Source: a virus
Lineage: Duplodnaviria; Caudoviricetes
IMG/VR virus record: IMGVR_UViG_3300046786_000688
Location: 1 to 60,190 of that record
Length of the DNA: 60,190 nt
Reading direction: 5' to 3' (one strand)
Positions 46,072-57,300 of this stretch are shown here, in pieces. Every line of letters starts with the position of its first letter. Within the stretch, counting starts at the first letter, position 1. A program made the position numbers and the translations under genes. The notes under the pieces are model-generated. The model searched no databases. It worked only from the letters and a program-made list of their open reading frames with translations, and had not been told where the DNA came from.

Positions 46072-46407
46072 ATGTTAAGTTTTTTGTTTCGATCTCAAGG
46101 AGCTAAGAGGCAGGTAGCTGCTATTCTATCTGTGCTTTTAGGCTTTGCAGAAGTTATTCCAGGGGCTGCTGGGGCGATTAGTGCCATTCAATGGGCTGCT
46201 GGAGTATTCGGAGTCACTGGTTTAGTCCATGCAGCAGGAGCTCAAACGCTTCTAAAGCATAGGCTGGCTGGTATAACTGCTGTACTTACGACGTTAATAG
46301 CTGTTGCACATTTTGTGCCATCATTAGCTCCGCTAATTGGGCCAATGCAACATCTAGCTTCGATTTTAGGGGCTGCTGCTGTTGGAAGTAACCTCTCAAA
46401 ATCTTGA
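46072..46407 (+). CDS. Multi-pass membrane protein, holin-like
   Basis: AAGGAG SD; several hydrophobic segments in two similar halves. Confidence 0.55.
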   Translation: MLSFLFRSQGAKRQVAAILSVLLGFAEVIPGAAGAISAIQWAAGVFGVTGLVHAAGAQTLLKHRLAGITAVLTTLIAVAHFVPSLAPLIGPMQHLASILGAAAVGSNLSKS

Positions 46408-46462
46408 TAACAAGGAACATTTTATAGAATCAAAGGTAGGTGAGATAGCATCTCACCTACTT

Positions 46463-46843
46463 ATGAGCATGAATAAACCACATATGCTTGCACTACAAAT
46501 AACATCCCAAACACAAACCGATTACTCCCCTTCTTATATCCCTGAGAAGGGGCTTTTAGCTGGTGTCCTAGAACGAGCTGTACGCGATTTAGGACTGTCT
46601 GGCTGCTATACAGACAGACGAACTGCCATAGAATGGTTTAAAAAAGCTGATAAGCTAAGAGAAGACCAGATGCAGGAGGGCTTTACCTATATGTACGTAG
46701 CCCATAATCTGGGGCTTTCTAAGTGGCAGATGGACCATATCAGGCGCTTAGTAGACCAGGCTATACTTTATCAAGACAATCTAAAGAAGAAGAAAGGAAC
46801 TCCCGATGTACGACTATTTCCTGGGAATCGACCCCGGCCTTGA
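46463..46843 (+). CDS. Uncharacterised helical protein (PEKxLLxxVLERAVxD motif)
   Basis: PEKGLLAGVLERAVRDL...AIEWF...FTYMYVAHNLGL; start uncertain. Confidence 0.55.
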   Translation: MSMNKPHMLALQITSQTQTDYSPSYIPEKGLLAGVLERAVRDLGLSGCYTDRRTAIEWFKKADKLREDQMQEGFTYMYVAHNLGLSKWQMDHIRRLVDQAILYQDNLKKKKGTPDVRLFPGNRPRP

Positions 46844-47321
46844 TGGTGCCTGCGTACTCCTGTGTAACTCTGGGGAAGTGAAAGAGCATTATAAGCTTCC
46901 ATCTTTAGTAGTGCAGGACAATAAAAGAAAGCTCCATGCATACGGCCTATACCTGTGGTTAAGGCAGATATTTCAGTGCTACCCAAAAACTCTTGTTTGC
47001 ATTGAAAAGATTAACGGTTCTCCAGGGCAAGGAGCGACTTCAATATTTGCGATGGGCCACGGCGCAGGACAGATAGAGGCTTGTGTAGCTATCGCTGGAT
47101 TTCCATACGAGTTTGTTGGGCCGCAGAAATGGAAGAATAGATTCCTGTCGGGAAGCAAAAAAGAAAAAGATGCGTCCGTACAAAAAGCTTTAGAGCTTTT
47201 TCCTGGAAGTCGTGATTGGATAATTGGTCCTAAAGGTGGAAGAGACCATAACCTAGCCGATGCGCTGTTCATTGCGGAGTACGCTAGGAGCTTTAATCTC
47301 CGAGAATCACCTGCCGTTTAA
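46806..47321 (+). CDS. RuvC-like Holliday junction resolvase
   Basis: LGIDPG, VCIEK, PQKWK, ADALFIA. Confidence 0.8.
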   Translation: MYDYFLGIDPGLDGACVLLCNSGEVKEHYKLPSLVVQDNKRKLHAYGLYLWLRQIFQCYPKTLVCIEKINGSPGQGATSIFAMGHGAGQIEACVAIAGFPYEFVGPQKWKNRFLSGSKKEKDASVQKALELFPGSRDWIIGPKGGRDHNLADALFIAEYARSFNLRESPAV

Positions 47322-50300
47322 TCTTAGAACGGATAGCAATGATTTCATCTTTAAGAGCTTTCTGAATTGCTTCGCTATATTCTTTATCACCGTATCGTTT
47401 AGCATACTCCTCAACAACCTTTCTTATCTGTGGACCGGCTCTTTCTATAACTAAATATCTTTCATCGGGGGTAAGTACGTCAGCAAACGCTGGTCCTAAG
47501 TTCTCTGTTCTTTCGGTTTTAATACGCTTTGGAGTTGTAGCAACTGTGGTTCCAAAGTCTGGAATCGTGTAGCCTTTTGAGCCTAAGAATTTCCAAGCTG
47601 GATCGTCTTTAGCTGTCGTTACAAATCTCTCCAATAACCCTCCAGAAGGAAGAGGCTCACCAAAAGCATTTAGTGCTGGCCTTGTTCCCATGCTTTGTAC
47701 AAAAGGAATGCCCTTTACTAAGCGAGAGTAAAAGTCAGCAGATGTATCAACTGGGTCATCTACCAGCCTGGATATCATCTTTAAAGTTCCAGCTGCAGGT
47801 ACAAATCCTTTTACTGGGTTAAGCAGCACTGTATCTATAAGCGCTCTCTTACTTGGGTAGCCTTCGCTATTCTTTCCTTGAATGGCGTTTACGAAGTCTC
47901 CTAGAGACTTTAGGAAAGAGTTACTAACGAAAGCTTCTCCTGCGCCACCAAGCAGTATTCCAATCGCATCTACTCCCGATGATTTTTCAAAACTTGGGTT
48001 ATAGCGCATCTCATCAAAGATAGCTCCCATTCCACCAAGTAATATGCCTAATGGTGTATCTCGATAATTATAATAAGTATCACCGATTTTAATTGAGTAA
48101 GGCTTGCCTCCAGCAGCTTTCCACTGTGCAAATTTATTATAGTTTTCTGGTCCTTCGCCGTAGATAGCAAACGCTGGGTCTTTATCGTTAAGAAACTGCA
48201 TACCGATACTGTATACAGTTCCAGATAGGGCAGAACCTATTATGAATTTTCCAGCTATATTTCTGCGCTCCAGTGCAGAGAATCCTGGGGCTTTAGTAGC
48301 TCGGTATAGTCCTACCGGAGTATAGTCTAAACTGGCATTTAAAATATTGCCTGCGACATTCATGAATGGGAAGTAATATCTAAATGGTTGAATTTTTTTA
48401 TCTGTAAATGGAACGCTCACTTCAAAGCTGGACAGCTTTTGAATGCCTTCTATTATTAATCCTGCAACACCTTCAGGTTTATTAGAGAAAGTATTTCTAG
48501 ACGCAAACAGCTGGCTTTCAGTACGAATAGACTCTGGACGATTTGCTTCTAAGATTTCCCAAGCACGTTGCCTGATAGCTCTTTCTGAAGCTTGTTTAGG
48601 TAGTGCTTCTTTAACATAGCTCGCTTCTTCTTTAGCTTTAGCATACGCATTATCCCAGTGCTCACTTGCGTTATACAAAGTATCTGCTACGTACTTTTGA
48701 AGGTCAGCATCTTTTAGCCCTTTCTTTAGCCCTTCATCGTACGCAGCAAGCTTTGCCATTCCTTCTTGCGATGTTTTATAGAAAAACGCATCAACGGCTG
48801 ATAGCGCTCTAAACACGTAACCAACATTATTAAGCCCTATTTTCTTCATCCAAGCAGGAGCAGCTTCTACGTAGTCTTTCTTCCCTTGACCGACAGCGGT
48901 ATTTAGAAATTTATCAGCAGTAGGTTTATAGGTTTTAATTCCTTGAAGCTCTAGCATCGCAGCGTCAAAGCCCTGCTTAGTTGCCCCATTAACCATTCCC
49001 TGAAGAAATGCACCGGCATCAAATTTTCCAGCTGGAATTGCAGTTGTTGCGTACGAAGCAAAGCTTCCAATCAAAGCTGAAGTGTTTCCAATTATATTTG
49101 CAATCTGAGTGGATACGTCACTTAAGATATTAGCTTGCCACAAGCTATACCAAGTGTCAGAACGTGCAGCTCCTACCTTATTTAAAGCCTCATCCCGTAT
49201 CTTAAAAGCCTCTGCTAATACATTCTGCTGGAAACTTCCTCCAGTCTTTTTTGCTACGTTAAAGAGCTCTTTAATCTGCTCTTCTTGCTTTTCAGTAAGA
49301 GCAGCTTCTGCCCCTTCTTGGCTACGCTTTAAGTCTGACAAGTCGTCAGTTATTTTTTCTTCTTCAGCTTTAAGTTTCTTTATCTCTTTAGTTCTATCAT
49401 CGCTCTCAGGACGCGCTTCTTCGGCTTTAATTTTATCTTTAATACGAGATAGAGATGCTTCTTTTCTAGTAAGCTGCTCTTCTGGGACTCCTAGTTCTTT
49501 AGCTTTCTTCGCTGTAGCAGTCGCTCTTAGTTTTTTCTTTGTGCCAAGAATAAACGTTGTAGGGTCAAACTGCGCCCACATCTTAGCTGCTTCAATACCT
49601 TGACCACCAGAGTTTAATTGCCTAGACCTTTTATCTGCAAGCTCAATAGCTAAGTCTGCATACTGCCTAGCAGCTCCCATATCTCCAGCTTTCTTAGCTG
49701 CCTTAACTGCGGAATTGAGCCCTTCAATAACGTACTGAGTGGCTGCAGTATTTTCCGCTGATACGTAGGTATCAGGACGAGCTAAGAGCTCCGTGACAGC
49801 TTTTTCAAATCCACCGTAGTAATCAATAAAGTCTCTAGCCAACTGTGAAGTACGTTCATGCGACTGCGGAAAATAAAGAAGCTCGTTATCTCCAGAAAAT
49901 CCTTCACGAATAGTTTCATCGAGAGCGGGACTCAAACGTAGCCTCTCTCCAGTCTTCATCTCTTTTAGCTTACCGGCGTATTGAGCACCTACTGTGCTTC
50001 CTTCTTGTGCAGCAGCTGGGATTTCTGCAGACGCTCTTGCTGCTGGCACAGAAGGCTCTGTCGTTTCTTGTCGCACAGGAATACTTGCAGCCTCTGTTGT
50101 TCGTAGCTGCTGAACTGGCCCTTTACCTTCAGCAACAGCTTGCGCATCAGCATAATAAGCTTTTCCATTGCCAAGAAGCTCCCCTTGCTTATTAAATACA
50201 AACCACTTCTGCCCAGCAGGATAGATATAGTTATCTTTAGCCCTTACACCGATAGTGAAATCTAGAACCGGCTTAGCTTCAGCCATTAACTGCTCTGCAG

Positions 50301-52866
50301 ATTTTTCTTTAGCAGCAAGTATCTTACCGTCTTTTGGCTTCTCAACAGTTTTAGCTATTTCTTTTTCCTGCGCGGCTTGAAGCTCTTTAATTATAGCTTT
50401 TCTCTTTCGCAGAAGATTTTTTAAATTGCGCTCTTTAGCCTTGATGTCGTTAGCATACGTATCTCTTGATGCATTTTTAAGTTTAGAATTAAGTACATCG
50501 AGCCGATCTTGCGTTTCTCCAATATGCTCGTACAGCTTCCACTTTTGGTCAGCTGTATCATCAAAAGTTTGAAGAGCTGCTCGTGCGTCTTCAAGCTCTG
50601 CAAATGCAACTTTCTTTAAAATAGAATCTGTTTGGTCATCTAAAACTTTCTTACGCTCAGTAACCGCTCTTTCAAGAGCTCTTCTCTCGTCTATTAATCC
50701 AAGTGTTTCTTTATCAGCTCTTATAGTTTGGTTATGGAGTTTAGCTTTAAGTGTCGCTCTTTCTCTTTCTAGTGCAGTTATAGAATTAGGGCTTTCGTCA
50801 AAAGCTAATGATTTATTTAAATCCCCTATCAGTTTATCAATAGATACTAGCTCTTCAGAATCAACTGGTACGTATGTTTCTCTTTTAACTACATTTACGC
50901 CGTCGCCTTCAGGAACGATATCTACTGCATAGGTAGGAAGTAAATTCTCTGGAATGCTATCTGCTTGCTCAGTTGAAAGCTTAAGCGCTGTATCGTCTGA
51001 CTTTTGAAAGTCTTCAAGCATTCCTACAAGAGCTCCCTGCTCTTCAGGAGTACCTTTAGATATCTTTACCTCAAAACCATCAATAGGTTCTTTTGCTTTA
51101 GGAACTGTTTCTTCTGTAGCAGGTAGTTTAGTCGGAGTTCCAGGAGTAGTATCTACTTCAATTGGTTGAGGCTTAGCTCCTGCGGCACCTAGAGTTGCAA
51201 GAGTGCCGCTGGCTAAAGCACCAGCTCCTAGAGATATATACGCACGTCCATTGTCAAAAGGCTGGCCTGTTTGCGATATCTCTCCTGCTTGCATTACTGC
51301 ATCAGAAGCAACGTTTGTTACTCCTCCAACTGCAGCGTTTCTAGCGAATACCTGTCCAAGGTATTTAGCCTTATTAAAATCGCTCATCTTGCTGATTGCA
51401 GGATTTGCCCACTTAGCTACAACTGCATACTCTCCAGCAGCTCCTATAGCGGCAGCAGGAAGAGATAAAAAAGCTGCAGTATATGCTTTGCCGGAATCTT
51501 TAGTTTGATCATACACAGTACGAAAACTTTCATTCGCCATCGTTAATGTGTTAGCCCCAAGCAGCGTACTTTTAATAGCTGTAGCTCCGAATCCAGCTAT
51601 TTTTAAAGCTGCGCCTCCTGCTATGAACGCTCCGATTTGCCCGGTAATTTGTGCTGCCTGACTTTGCCAACGAGGAATAGGTGTATTATCTGGGTTAAGC
51701 TTTAAATATCCGTTCTCATCTGTTTCGTACAAATAATCATTGGCTGGTTTCCCTAAGTACTCTGGCAGGTCTTGAATCGTATTAGCAGTCTCTTCATACC
51801 CAAGAAGTCTAGGGGCTGCAGCTATTACGCTTGCTCCACCTGCAGCAGCGCCTTTAAGTACATCTCTAGCAAGATTAGCTCCCTGATTAGCAGCCCATCC
51901 TAAAGCTGTACGATTACGAGCAGTATAGGCTGACTGCTCAGTTTCAACTGCGGCATCTAAAGCTTCTGTGAACTGGTTTCCTAGAAAAGAAGGATTAATT
52001 TTATCGTTAATAAGGCGCTGTGATACTTCTTCACGCCAAGCTCGAAGAGCTTTATCGTTGTCTTCTCCTGGTTCTAAAAATGGAGCAGGTCCAATAATCT
52101 CAGCGTAGTTTGGTCTTTCTTCTGGAGAAGCCGCATCGATGTAATTAGTGATTACATCTTGAACTATTTTATCTGCTTCATTTCCCCAGAACTTTGAAGA
52201 GTACACATCTTTAATTGCTTGTGCTTTTTCAGCCAATGATAGGTCTTCAAACTCTGGTGCAGCAGTTAGTGTGAGCAGTGCATCAGCAAACCCTTGTGAG
52301 TTATTTGGAAGACTTTCCACATCTATCTGAGGAAGCTTAGACTCCGTACCTTGTTGCGTCTCTTCTGAAAGATTTCCAGTGACTTTATCTACATAATTTT
52401 TAGTTTCACTTGGCAGGTACGGCTGGATATCCTCAAAGGAATTTCCATACTTCTTTAAAAGCTTATCAACATTTCCTTGCCCATAGTTATATGCAGCAAG
52501 AGTAAGCTCCGTGTCTCCTTGGTATTTATCGCTTAAGTCTCTAAGCTCTGCAGTACCTAGAATTTTATTCTGCTCTGCGTTGTACGGATCGTATTCCCCT
52601 TCGAGTCCTAGCTTTTTAAACTGCGCTTCACCTGTCGCATCCATCAACTGCATCAAGCCTTTAGCTCCAACAGGAGAAGTAGCATAAGACTTGCCTGCAC
52701 TTTCTGCTTGAATAACAGCATCAACTAAAGCAGGAGATACACCAAAGGCAGCCTCTTCCTGTTGAATAGGTTCAGGAGGGGCGAGTTCTGATTCCAATGA
52801 ATCCGGCCCAAACGGGTCTAGAATGCTTGGGTCTTCAGTCTCGTTATCGTCAAGGGGTTGCTCCAC
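47293..52866 (-). CDS. Large internal virion (ejection) protein with N-terminal lytic transglycosylase
   Basis: VIQAES, SPVGAKGLMQLM, LAAYNYG, ETKNYV SLT motifs; 1857 aa, mostly helical. Confidence 0.85.
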   Translation of the reverse strand: MEQPLDDNETEDPSILDPFGPDSLESELAPPEPIQQEEAAFGVSPALVDAVIQAESAGKSYATSPVGAKGLMQLMDATGEAQFKKLGLEGEYDPYNAEQNKILGTAELRDLSDKYQGDTELTLAAYNYGQGNVDKLLKKYGNSFEDIQPYLPSETKNYVDKVTGNLSEETQQGTESKLPQIDVESLPNNSQGFADALLTLTAAPEFEDLSLAEKAQAIKDVYSSKFWGNEADKIVQDVITNYIDAASPEERPNYAEIIGPAPFLEPGEDNDKALRAWREEVSQRLINDKINPSFLGNQFTEALDAAVETEQSAYTARNRTALGWAANQGANLARDVLKGAAAGGASVIAAAPRLLGYEETANTIQDLPEYLGKPANDYLYETDENGYLKLNPDNTPIPRWQSQAAQITGQIGAFIAGGAALKIAGFGATAIKSTLLGANTLTMANESFRTVYDQTKDSGKAYTAAFLSLPAAAIGAAGEYAVVAKWANPAISKMSDFNKAKYLGQVFARNAAVGGVTNVASDAVMQAGEISQTGQPFDNGRAYISLGAGALASGTLATLGAAGAKPQPIEVDTTPGTPTKLPATEETVPKAKEPIDGFEVKISKGTPEEQGALVGMLEDFQKSDDTALKLSTEQADSIPENLLPTYAVDIVPEGDGVNVVKRETYVPVDSEELVSIDKLIGDLNKSLAFDESPNSITALERERATLKAKLHNQTIRADKETLGLIDERRALERAVTERKKVLDDQTDSILKKVAFAELEDARAALQTFDDTADQKWKLYEHIGETQDRLDVLNSKLKNASRDTYANDIKAKERNLKNLLRKRKAIIKELQAAQEKEIAKTVEKPKDGKILAAKEKSAEQLMAEAKPVLDFTIGVRAKDNYIYPAGQKWFVFNKQGELLGNGKAYYADAQAVAEGKGPVQQLRTTEAASIPVRQETTEPSVPAARASAEIPAAAQEGSTVGAQYAGKLKEMKTGERLRLSPALDETIREGFSGDNELLYFPQSHERTSQLARDFIDYYGGFEKAVTELLARPDTYVSAENTAATQYVIEGLNSAVKAAKKAGDMGAARQYADLAIELADKRSRQLNSGGQGIEAAKMWAQFDPTTFILGTKKKLRATATAKKAKELGVPEEQLTRKEASLSRIKDKIKAEEARPESDDRTKEIKKLKAEEEKITDDLSDLKRSQEGAEAALTEKQEEQIKELFNVAKKTGGSFQQNVLAEAFKIRDEALNKVGAARSDTWYSLWQANILSDVSTQIANIIGNTSALIGSFASYATTAIPAGKFDAGAFLQGMVNGATKQGFDAAMLELQGIKTYKPTADKFLNTAVGQGKKDYVEAAPAWMKKIGLNNVGYVFRALSAVDAFFYKTSQEGMAKLAAYDEGLKKGLKDADLQKYVADTLYNASEHWDNAYAKAKEEASYVKEALPKQASERAIRQRAWEILEANRPESIRTESQLFASRNTFSNKPEGVAGLIIEGIQKLSSFEVSVPFTDKKIQPFRYYFPFMNVAGNILNASLDYTPVGLYRATKAPGFSALERRNIAGKFIIGSALSGTVYSIGMQFLNDKDPAFAIYGEGPENYNKFAQWKAAGGKPYSIKIGDTYYNYRDTPLGILLGGMGAIFDEMRYNPSFEKSSGVDAIGILLGGAGEAFVSNSFLKSLGDFVNAIQGKNSEGYPSKRALIDTVLLNPVKGFVPAAGTLKMISRLVDDPVDTSADFYSRLVKGIPFVQSMGTRPALNAFGEPLPSGGLLERFVTTAKDDPAWKFLGSKGYTIPDFGTTVATTPKRIKTERTENLGPAFADVLTPDERYLVIERAGPQIRKVVEEYAKRYGDKEYSEAIQKALKDEIIAIRSKIKRQVILGD

Positions 52867-54361
52867 CTGCTATTGCCGTCAAATATGTTGAAGTTGCTTT
52901 TGTTGCTTGTACTGCTCTCTGTTTACTATTACGTGCAGCTGTAATCTCTGCAATAGTTTTAGTCGTATACGCTGCAAGCTGTGCTTCAAGCGCTTGCTGT
53001 CTTTTTACAAAATATAAGTCTTTTGGAGTTACAACGGAGAAAGCTTGCAATGTCTCCTTTGGTATTCTCATACCTGTAGTTCTGCCAAGAGACACAGCTA
53101 AATCTTTCATCTTTTGTGTATTATAAGCTTCTACATATGCTTCTGAGTTTTGAGCTTGTATCGTAGGATTAGTATCAAACTCTGCATCAGTGATAGCTCT
53201 AGCAGTAGAGTTAACAGTACGGTTTAAGTCTAACTGTGCAAGAGGAGTAATAGCTCCTTCAGGCGACATAGCAAGCGACATCACTTTCTCATTTAAAGCT
53301 ACAACAGCTGGTTTAACTGTAGAGAACACAGGATCACTAAGTTTTAAAACTTCTTTAACTCTGTCTTCAGGGGTTGCAACTTTTGGCTGAACTTGTGCCT
53401 GCTGGGGCTGTACTGACTGCTGCTTAGCACTTGGAACCTTATCTGCTGCAGTTTTAGCAAAGCCACCACGTTGAAAGTTTGCTTCGTACTTATATCCATT
53501 AAAGAGCTGATTAACTTCTTTAGGAGCATCAGGAAATATAATTGTACCGTCTGGCGTGATGATGTCGTACTTGCCTAGTGGCTGGTCCTGTCTATCGTAA
53601 GGAAGCGGAATAAACTGACCGTTATTACTTTTAAGTAACGCAGTTCCGGCTGTATTTTTTTGATACTTTCCAGACTCAACAATTTTGGTTTGATAAGGAA
53701 CATCGGTTGGCAGAATACCTAGCTGATTAGATACCGCAGCAACTGTTGGGTCATTCATTAATGACTGCTGAACTTTATCAAAGTTCTGCTGTCTCTGTAT
53801 CGCAAACTTCTGCCAAGGGTCAGCAGCAGTAGATTTTTTTAATATTGTTCCAACGCTATTACGAGTAGTTGGGTCTAATCCGTTATTAGGATTTATGTAG
53901 ACTCCCTGCAGGGCAGCTTGAAATGTTTTTGGGTCTTGGTTGAATACATCCTGGTACTGCCCTCCCAACACCATTTGAGCTTGGGTCGCTGGGTCAGCCT
54001 GGCTGTATGCTTGCTCAAATTCTTGCTTTCTTTTTCTAGAATTAAGCTCTGCAGTAACCTTACTGTTCTCATTCTCAAGTTTTGCTACAAGCGTATCATC
54101 GGCAAGTTCTTTAGTTTTTTGAGCAGTATCAAGCTGTAAAGCTCGAATCTCGTTCATCTGCTCTGCTTGCTCAATCTGCAAAGATTTCTGTCTTATTTCT
54201 TGGCCGGTTTGGTATCCCTTAATCCCGCCTTCAATAATAGCAGTTGCAGTAGTAGGTAAGTTCTGACCGGCTTTGATACCAGCAAGAGCAGCGTCTCCAA
54301 ATAGAGAGGTGCTAATTACTGGTCCTTGCATGCCCCGTGTGAAATCGTATTGCTCAGCCAT
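52850..54361 (-). CDS. Internal virion (ejection) protein
   Basis: Q/A-rich helical protein between two other large virion genes. Confidence 0.6.
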   Translation of the reverse strand: MAEQYDFTRGMQGPVISTSLFGDAALAGIKAGQNLPTTATAIIEGGIKGYQTGQEIRQKSLQIEQAEQMNEIRALQLDTAQKTKELADDTLVAKLENENSKVTAELNSRKRKQEFEQAYSQADPATQAQMVLGGQYQDVFNQDPKTFQAALQGVYINPNNGLDPTTRNSVGTILKKSTAADPWQKFAIQRQQNFDKVQQSLMNDPTVAAVSNQLGILPTDVPYQTKIVESGKYQKNTAGTALLKSNNGQFIPLPYDRQDQPLGKYDIITPDGTIIFPDAPKEVNQLFNGYKYEANFQRGGFAKTAADKVPSAKQQSVQPQQAQVQPKVATPEDRVKEVLKLSDPVFSTVKPAVVALNEKVMSLAMSPEGAITPLAQLDLNRTVNSTARAITDAEFDTNPTIQAQNSEAYVEAYNTQKMKDLAVSLGRTTGMRIPKETLQAFSVVTPKDLYFVKRQQALEAQLAAYTTKTIAEITAARNSKQRAVQATKATSTYLTAIAGGATP

Positions 54362-54367
54362 AAATCC

Positions 54368-57300
54368 TTAGTTCCGATTTGGCCTCCAGCCTTCAATTCC
54401 TTTTTTCTTATTTGCTTCGATTACTTCCTGCTTTCCTAAAAACTTGAAAGCATTTCTATCGTAGTTCTTTTTAGGTGCAGCTGGTTTTCCTTCACCAGCA
54501 GCGACTCTGCGCTGAGCCTCTTGCACTAACGCTGGAGTTTTTCTCTTTTCTGATACAGTATTAATAGTTCTTCCCTTATCTGCTCCAGGAATATTTCGTG
54601 GGTCAAAATCCGTACGGCCTGTGGTCTCCATCGTAACTCTCTGAGGCTTTGGCTTATCTGCTTCTTGATGCGCAACCTCGACTCCACGCTGCCTGCCGTT
54701 CATTAGCTTTTGCGCTGTCTCGTAGCCGTTATTATCGTACATCATGTTTGCAGCTTGCTGCATTTGAACAGCATCAATCTGGCTAATCCGGCCCTGCTTT
54801 AATAGCTCCACAGACAGCCCATATGCATCAGCTTTAGACTTGATTCCAGCCTTTGCGTACATAGCTCTTTGATTCTGCATCACAGTATCGAAGTTTTCTT
54901 TGGTGAGCTTTTGCCCAAAGCCAAGCTTCCCAAGCCCTGCATTTCCTAGTTGGTTTCCTAACTGGTCTACAGCTTTCTCGGCACCGCCGCCTACCATTCT
55001 AGCTAGACCAATGCCTGCCATTCCAGAGATATAATCAAGGTCATTGGTATAATCTACATCCCATGAATTTAGTTTTCTCTTTTTGCCTACAGCTAAATCC
55101 GGGTTAGTAAAATCGTGCTGACCACCATGCCCATCGATACCGATATTCGCAGTTGAGCCGTCAGGTAGTTCTATCTTGTACTCGCCGTTAACTAGGCCGT
55201 TTTCTTTAAAATGACTTCGTACAGAATCTCTTGCGCCCTGGTCTTTAGACTTTCCTACTTGTACTGCATTACCTATAACCGACGTTGCGATAATTGCGGC
55301 GGCAGTATACGGATTAGAATATCCAAGCATTGAAAGGCCAGTCACAATAGAAGCGCCTCCAAGTCCTCCTTGAACTGCACCTCTAGTTCCTCCTTGGCCC
55401 CAGCCATCAGCAACGGCTTTTGCACCAAGAGCTACTCCTGCAACACCGCCTGCAGTACCAAGAACATTTGCAACTGAAGAGCCTTCTTTTAATAGTCCAA
55501 GTTCTTTTGCAATTCCTGCCATCTGAGATGCACTACCTGCAGCGCCTGCAACTTTTTGAATTGTGGAGTACTGATCCCAGTTATCGATTAAGTTGTATGC
55601 GTTGTACCCAGCACCAAGAAGACTTAAAGCCTGTCCAACATTTATTCCAGGATCAACTAGCTTTCCTGCAGCGTCGTAGGTAGCTTCGATAATTGGTTGA
55701 GCTCCCAGGTCGTATCCAGTACCAAATTTAAATCCTTGGATTCCAAGATTTGCAAGACCTAGCCCCTTTTGGGTGTTGCTCATCCTGTCCCAGTTATTGA
55801 ACATGTTATAAGCAGTAAACGCTGCAGCAACTCCAGCTCTATTATCTGGGTTCTCTACCTGGCTCAAAGCTAAAGGATAGCCGAACCTGTTTAAGATCAT
55901 ATTGGTAAAAGCTTTGGTGTCGCCATTCTGGTGCGCACGATTTAGATTATCTATAAATGCAACGTCACTTGCGATTGCTCCAATCTTATCCAGCGCAGAA
56001 GAATCTTTAGAAGTGAGCACACCTAATGGGTCCAAAACCTTCTTTAAAGTATCGGACACCCCGGAACCAGCTTTTACATTATTTGAGTTATAGAGAGCTT
56101 TCGACACGTAAACAGGATTGCCGCTGTTATCGACTCCAGCCTGAACCATCCCGTTTGATGGAGTATTGGAAATACCTGCAGACTGCAGTACGCCGTTTGC
56201 TGCTTTCGCCATGCCTTGAATCTGTGCAGCGCTTTTTCCGTCGAAAGTCTTAAGCGGAATTCCTGTACTACTGGAAAAACTCTTTAAGCTTGCTTGAAGC
56301 TCAGGAGCAAGACGAGCCGATTGCGTTGTATAAGTGTTGTCTCCATTCTCATCGACTGTCCAGCTCTCCGGCGGTCTAGGAGGAGGTACAACTTCGTCCT
56401 GTCCAGGCGCAGGTTCTAGTGTTTGGGTTGGAGAAGGAGCAGCTACTTCGTTTGGAGCGTATATAGTTCCACCACTAGAATCTGTTCCAACTGGTGTATA
56501 GTTTGGAGGCGGCTCACTTCCAGGAGGGACAACTACCTGTCCTGCTCCTGGACTAGTTCCTGTACCGCCTGGTGATGTCTCAGGAGTTGGGGTCTTACTC
56601 TCGTCGCCACCAGTGATACCGAAAAACTCTGCTAAATCTCCGATTATTCCTGCTACGTTCCCATTACCGAATAACGTGCCGATCAAACCAGCAATAGCAC
56701 TAATCTGCCCAGAGTTTTGTGCCTGTCCAAGATAATTCTTGAATATATCTTGGTACTGTTGCTGCTGCTGCAACGCAAGTTGTGCATTAATATCTAGCTG
56801 ATTCGCTGCAGACACTGCGTTAGCGTAAGCAGCATCATAGTTAAATCTAGAAAGTGCAAAGTTATTAGCACTCGTTGCATTAAACTGGTTATTCTGAAGA
56901 GTGTTGGAAGCATTAAACTGCCGGTTCTGCTGCTCTAAGTTTGTTGAAAACTGCTGTTGCTGAACTTCAGTTTGCAGCGCATTTGTAGGGCTCACGGTAG
57001 TGAGCTCATTCATTCTGTTAAACTCTTGATTGATAAGTGCTGCAGGACTGATCGATGGGTTCACATTAATCTGTGAACCGGCATTAGAATACTCAGTAGG
57101 AGCAAGAAACAGATTTGCCTGCTGGGTCAGGTTACTTGAAAGAAGTCTATCCCCGTATTCAGAAACCTTGAGCCGCTCTTCTGCAGAAAGCAGGTCCGAT
57201 GCTTTCCTTGCCGCAGAGCTCTCGACTCCAAAACCTCCGGCAGCAGCACGATCCGCTGCAGCAGACCTCATTGATACTTCTAAAGCTCTATCTTCTATAC

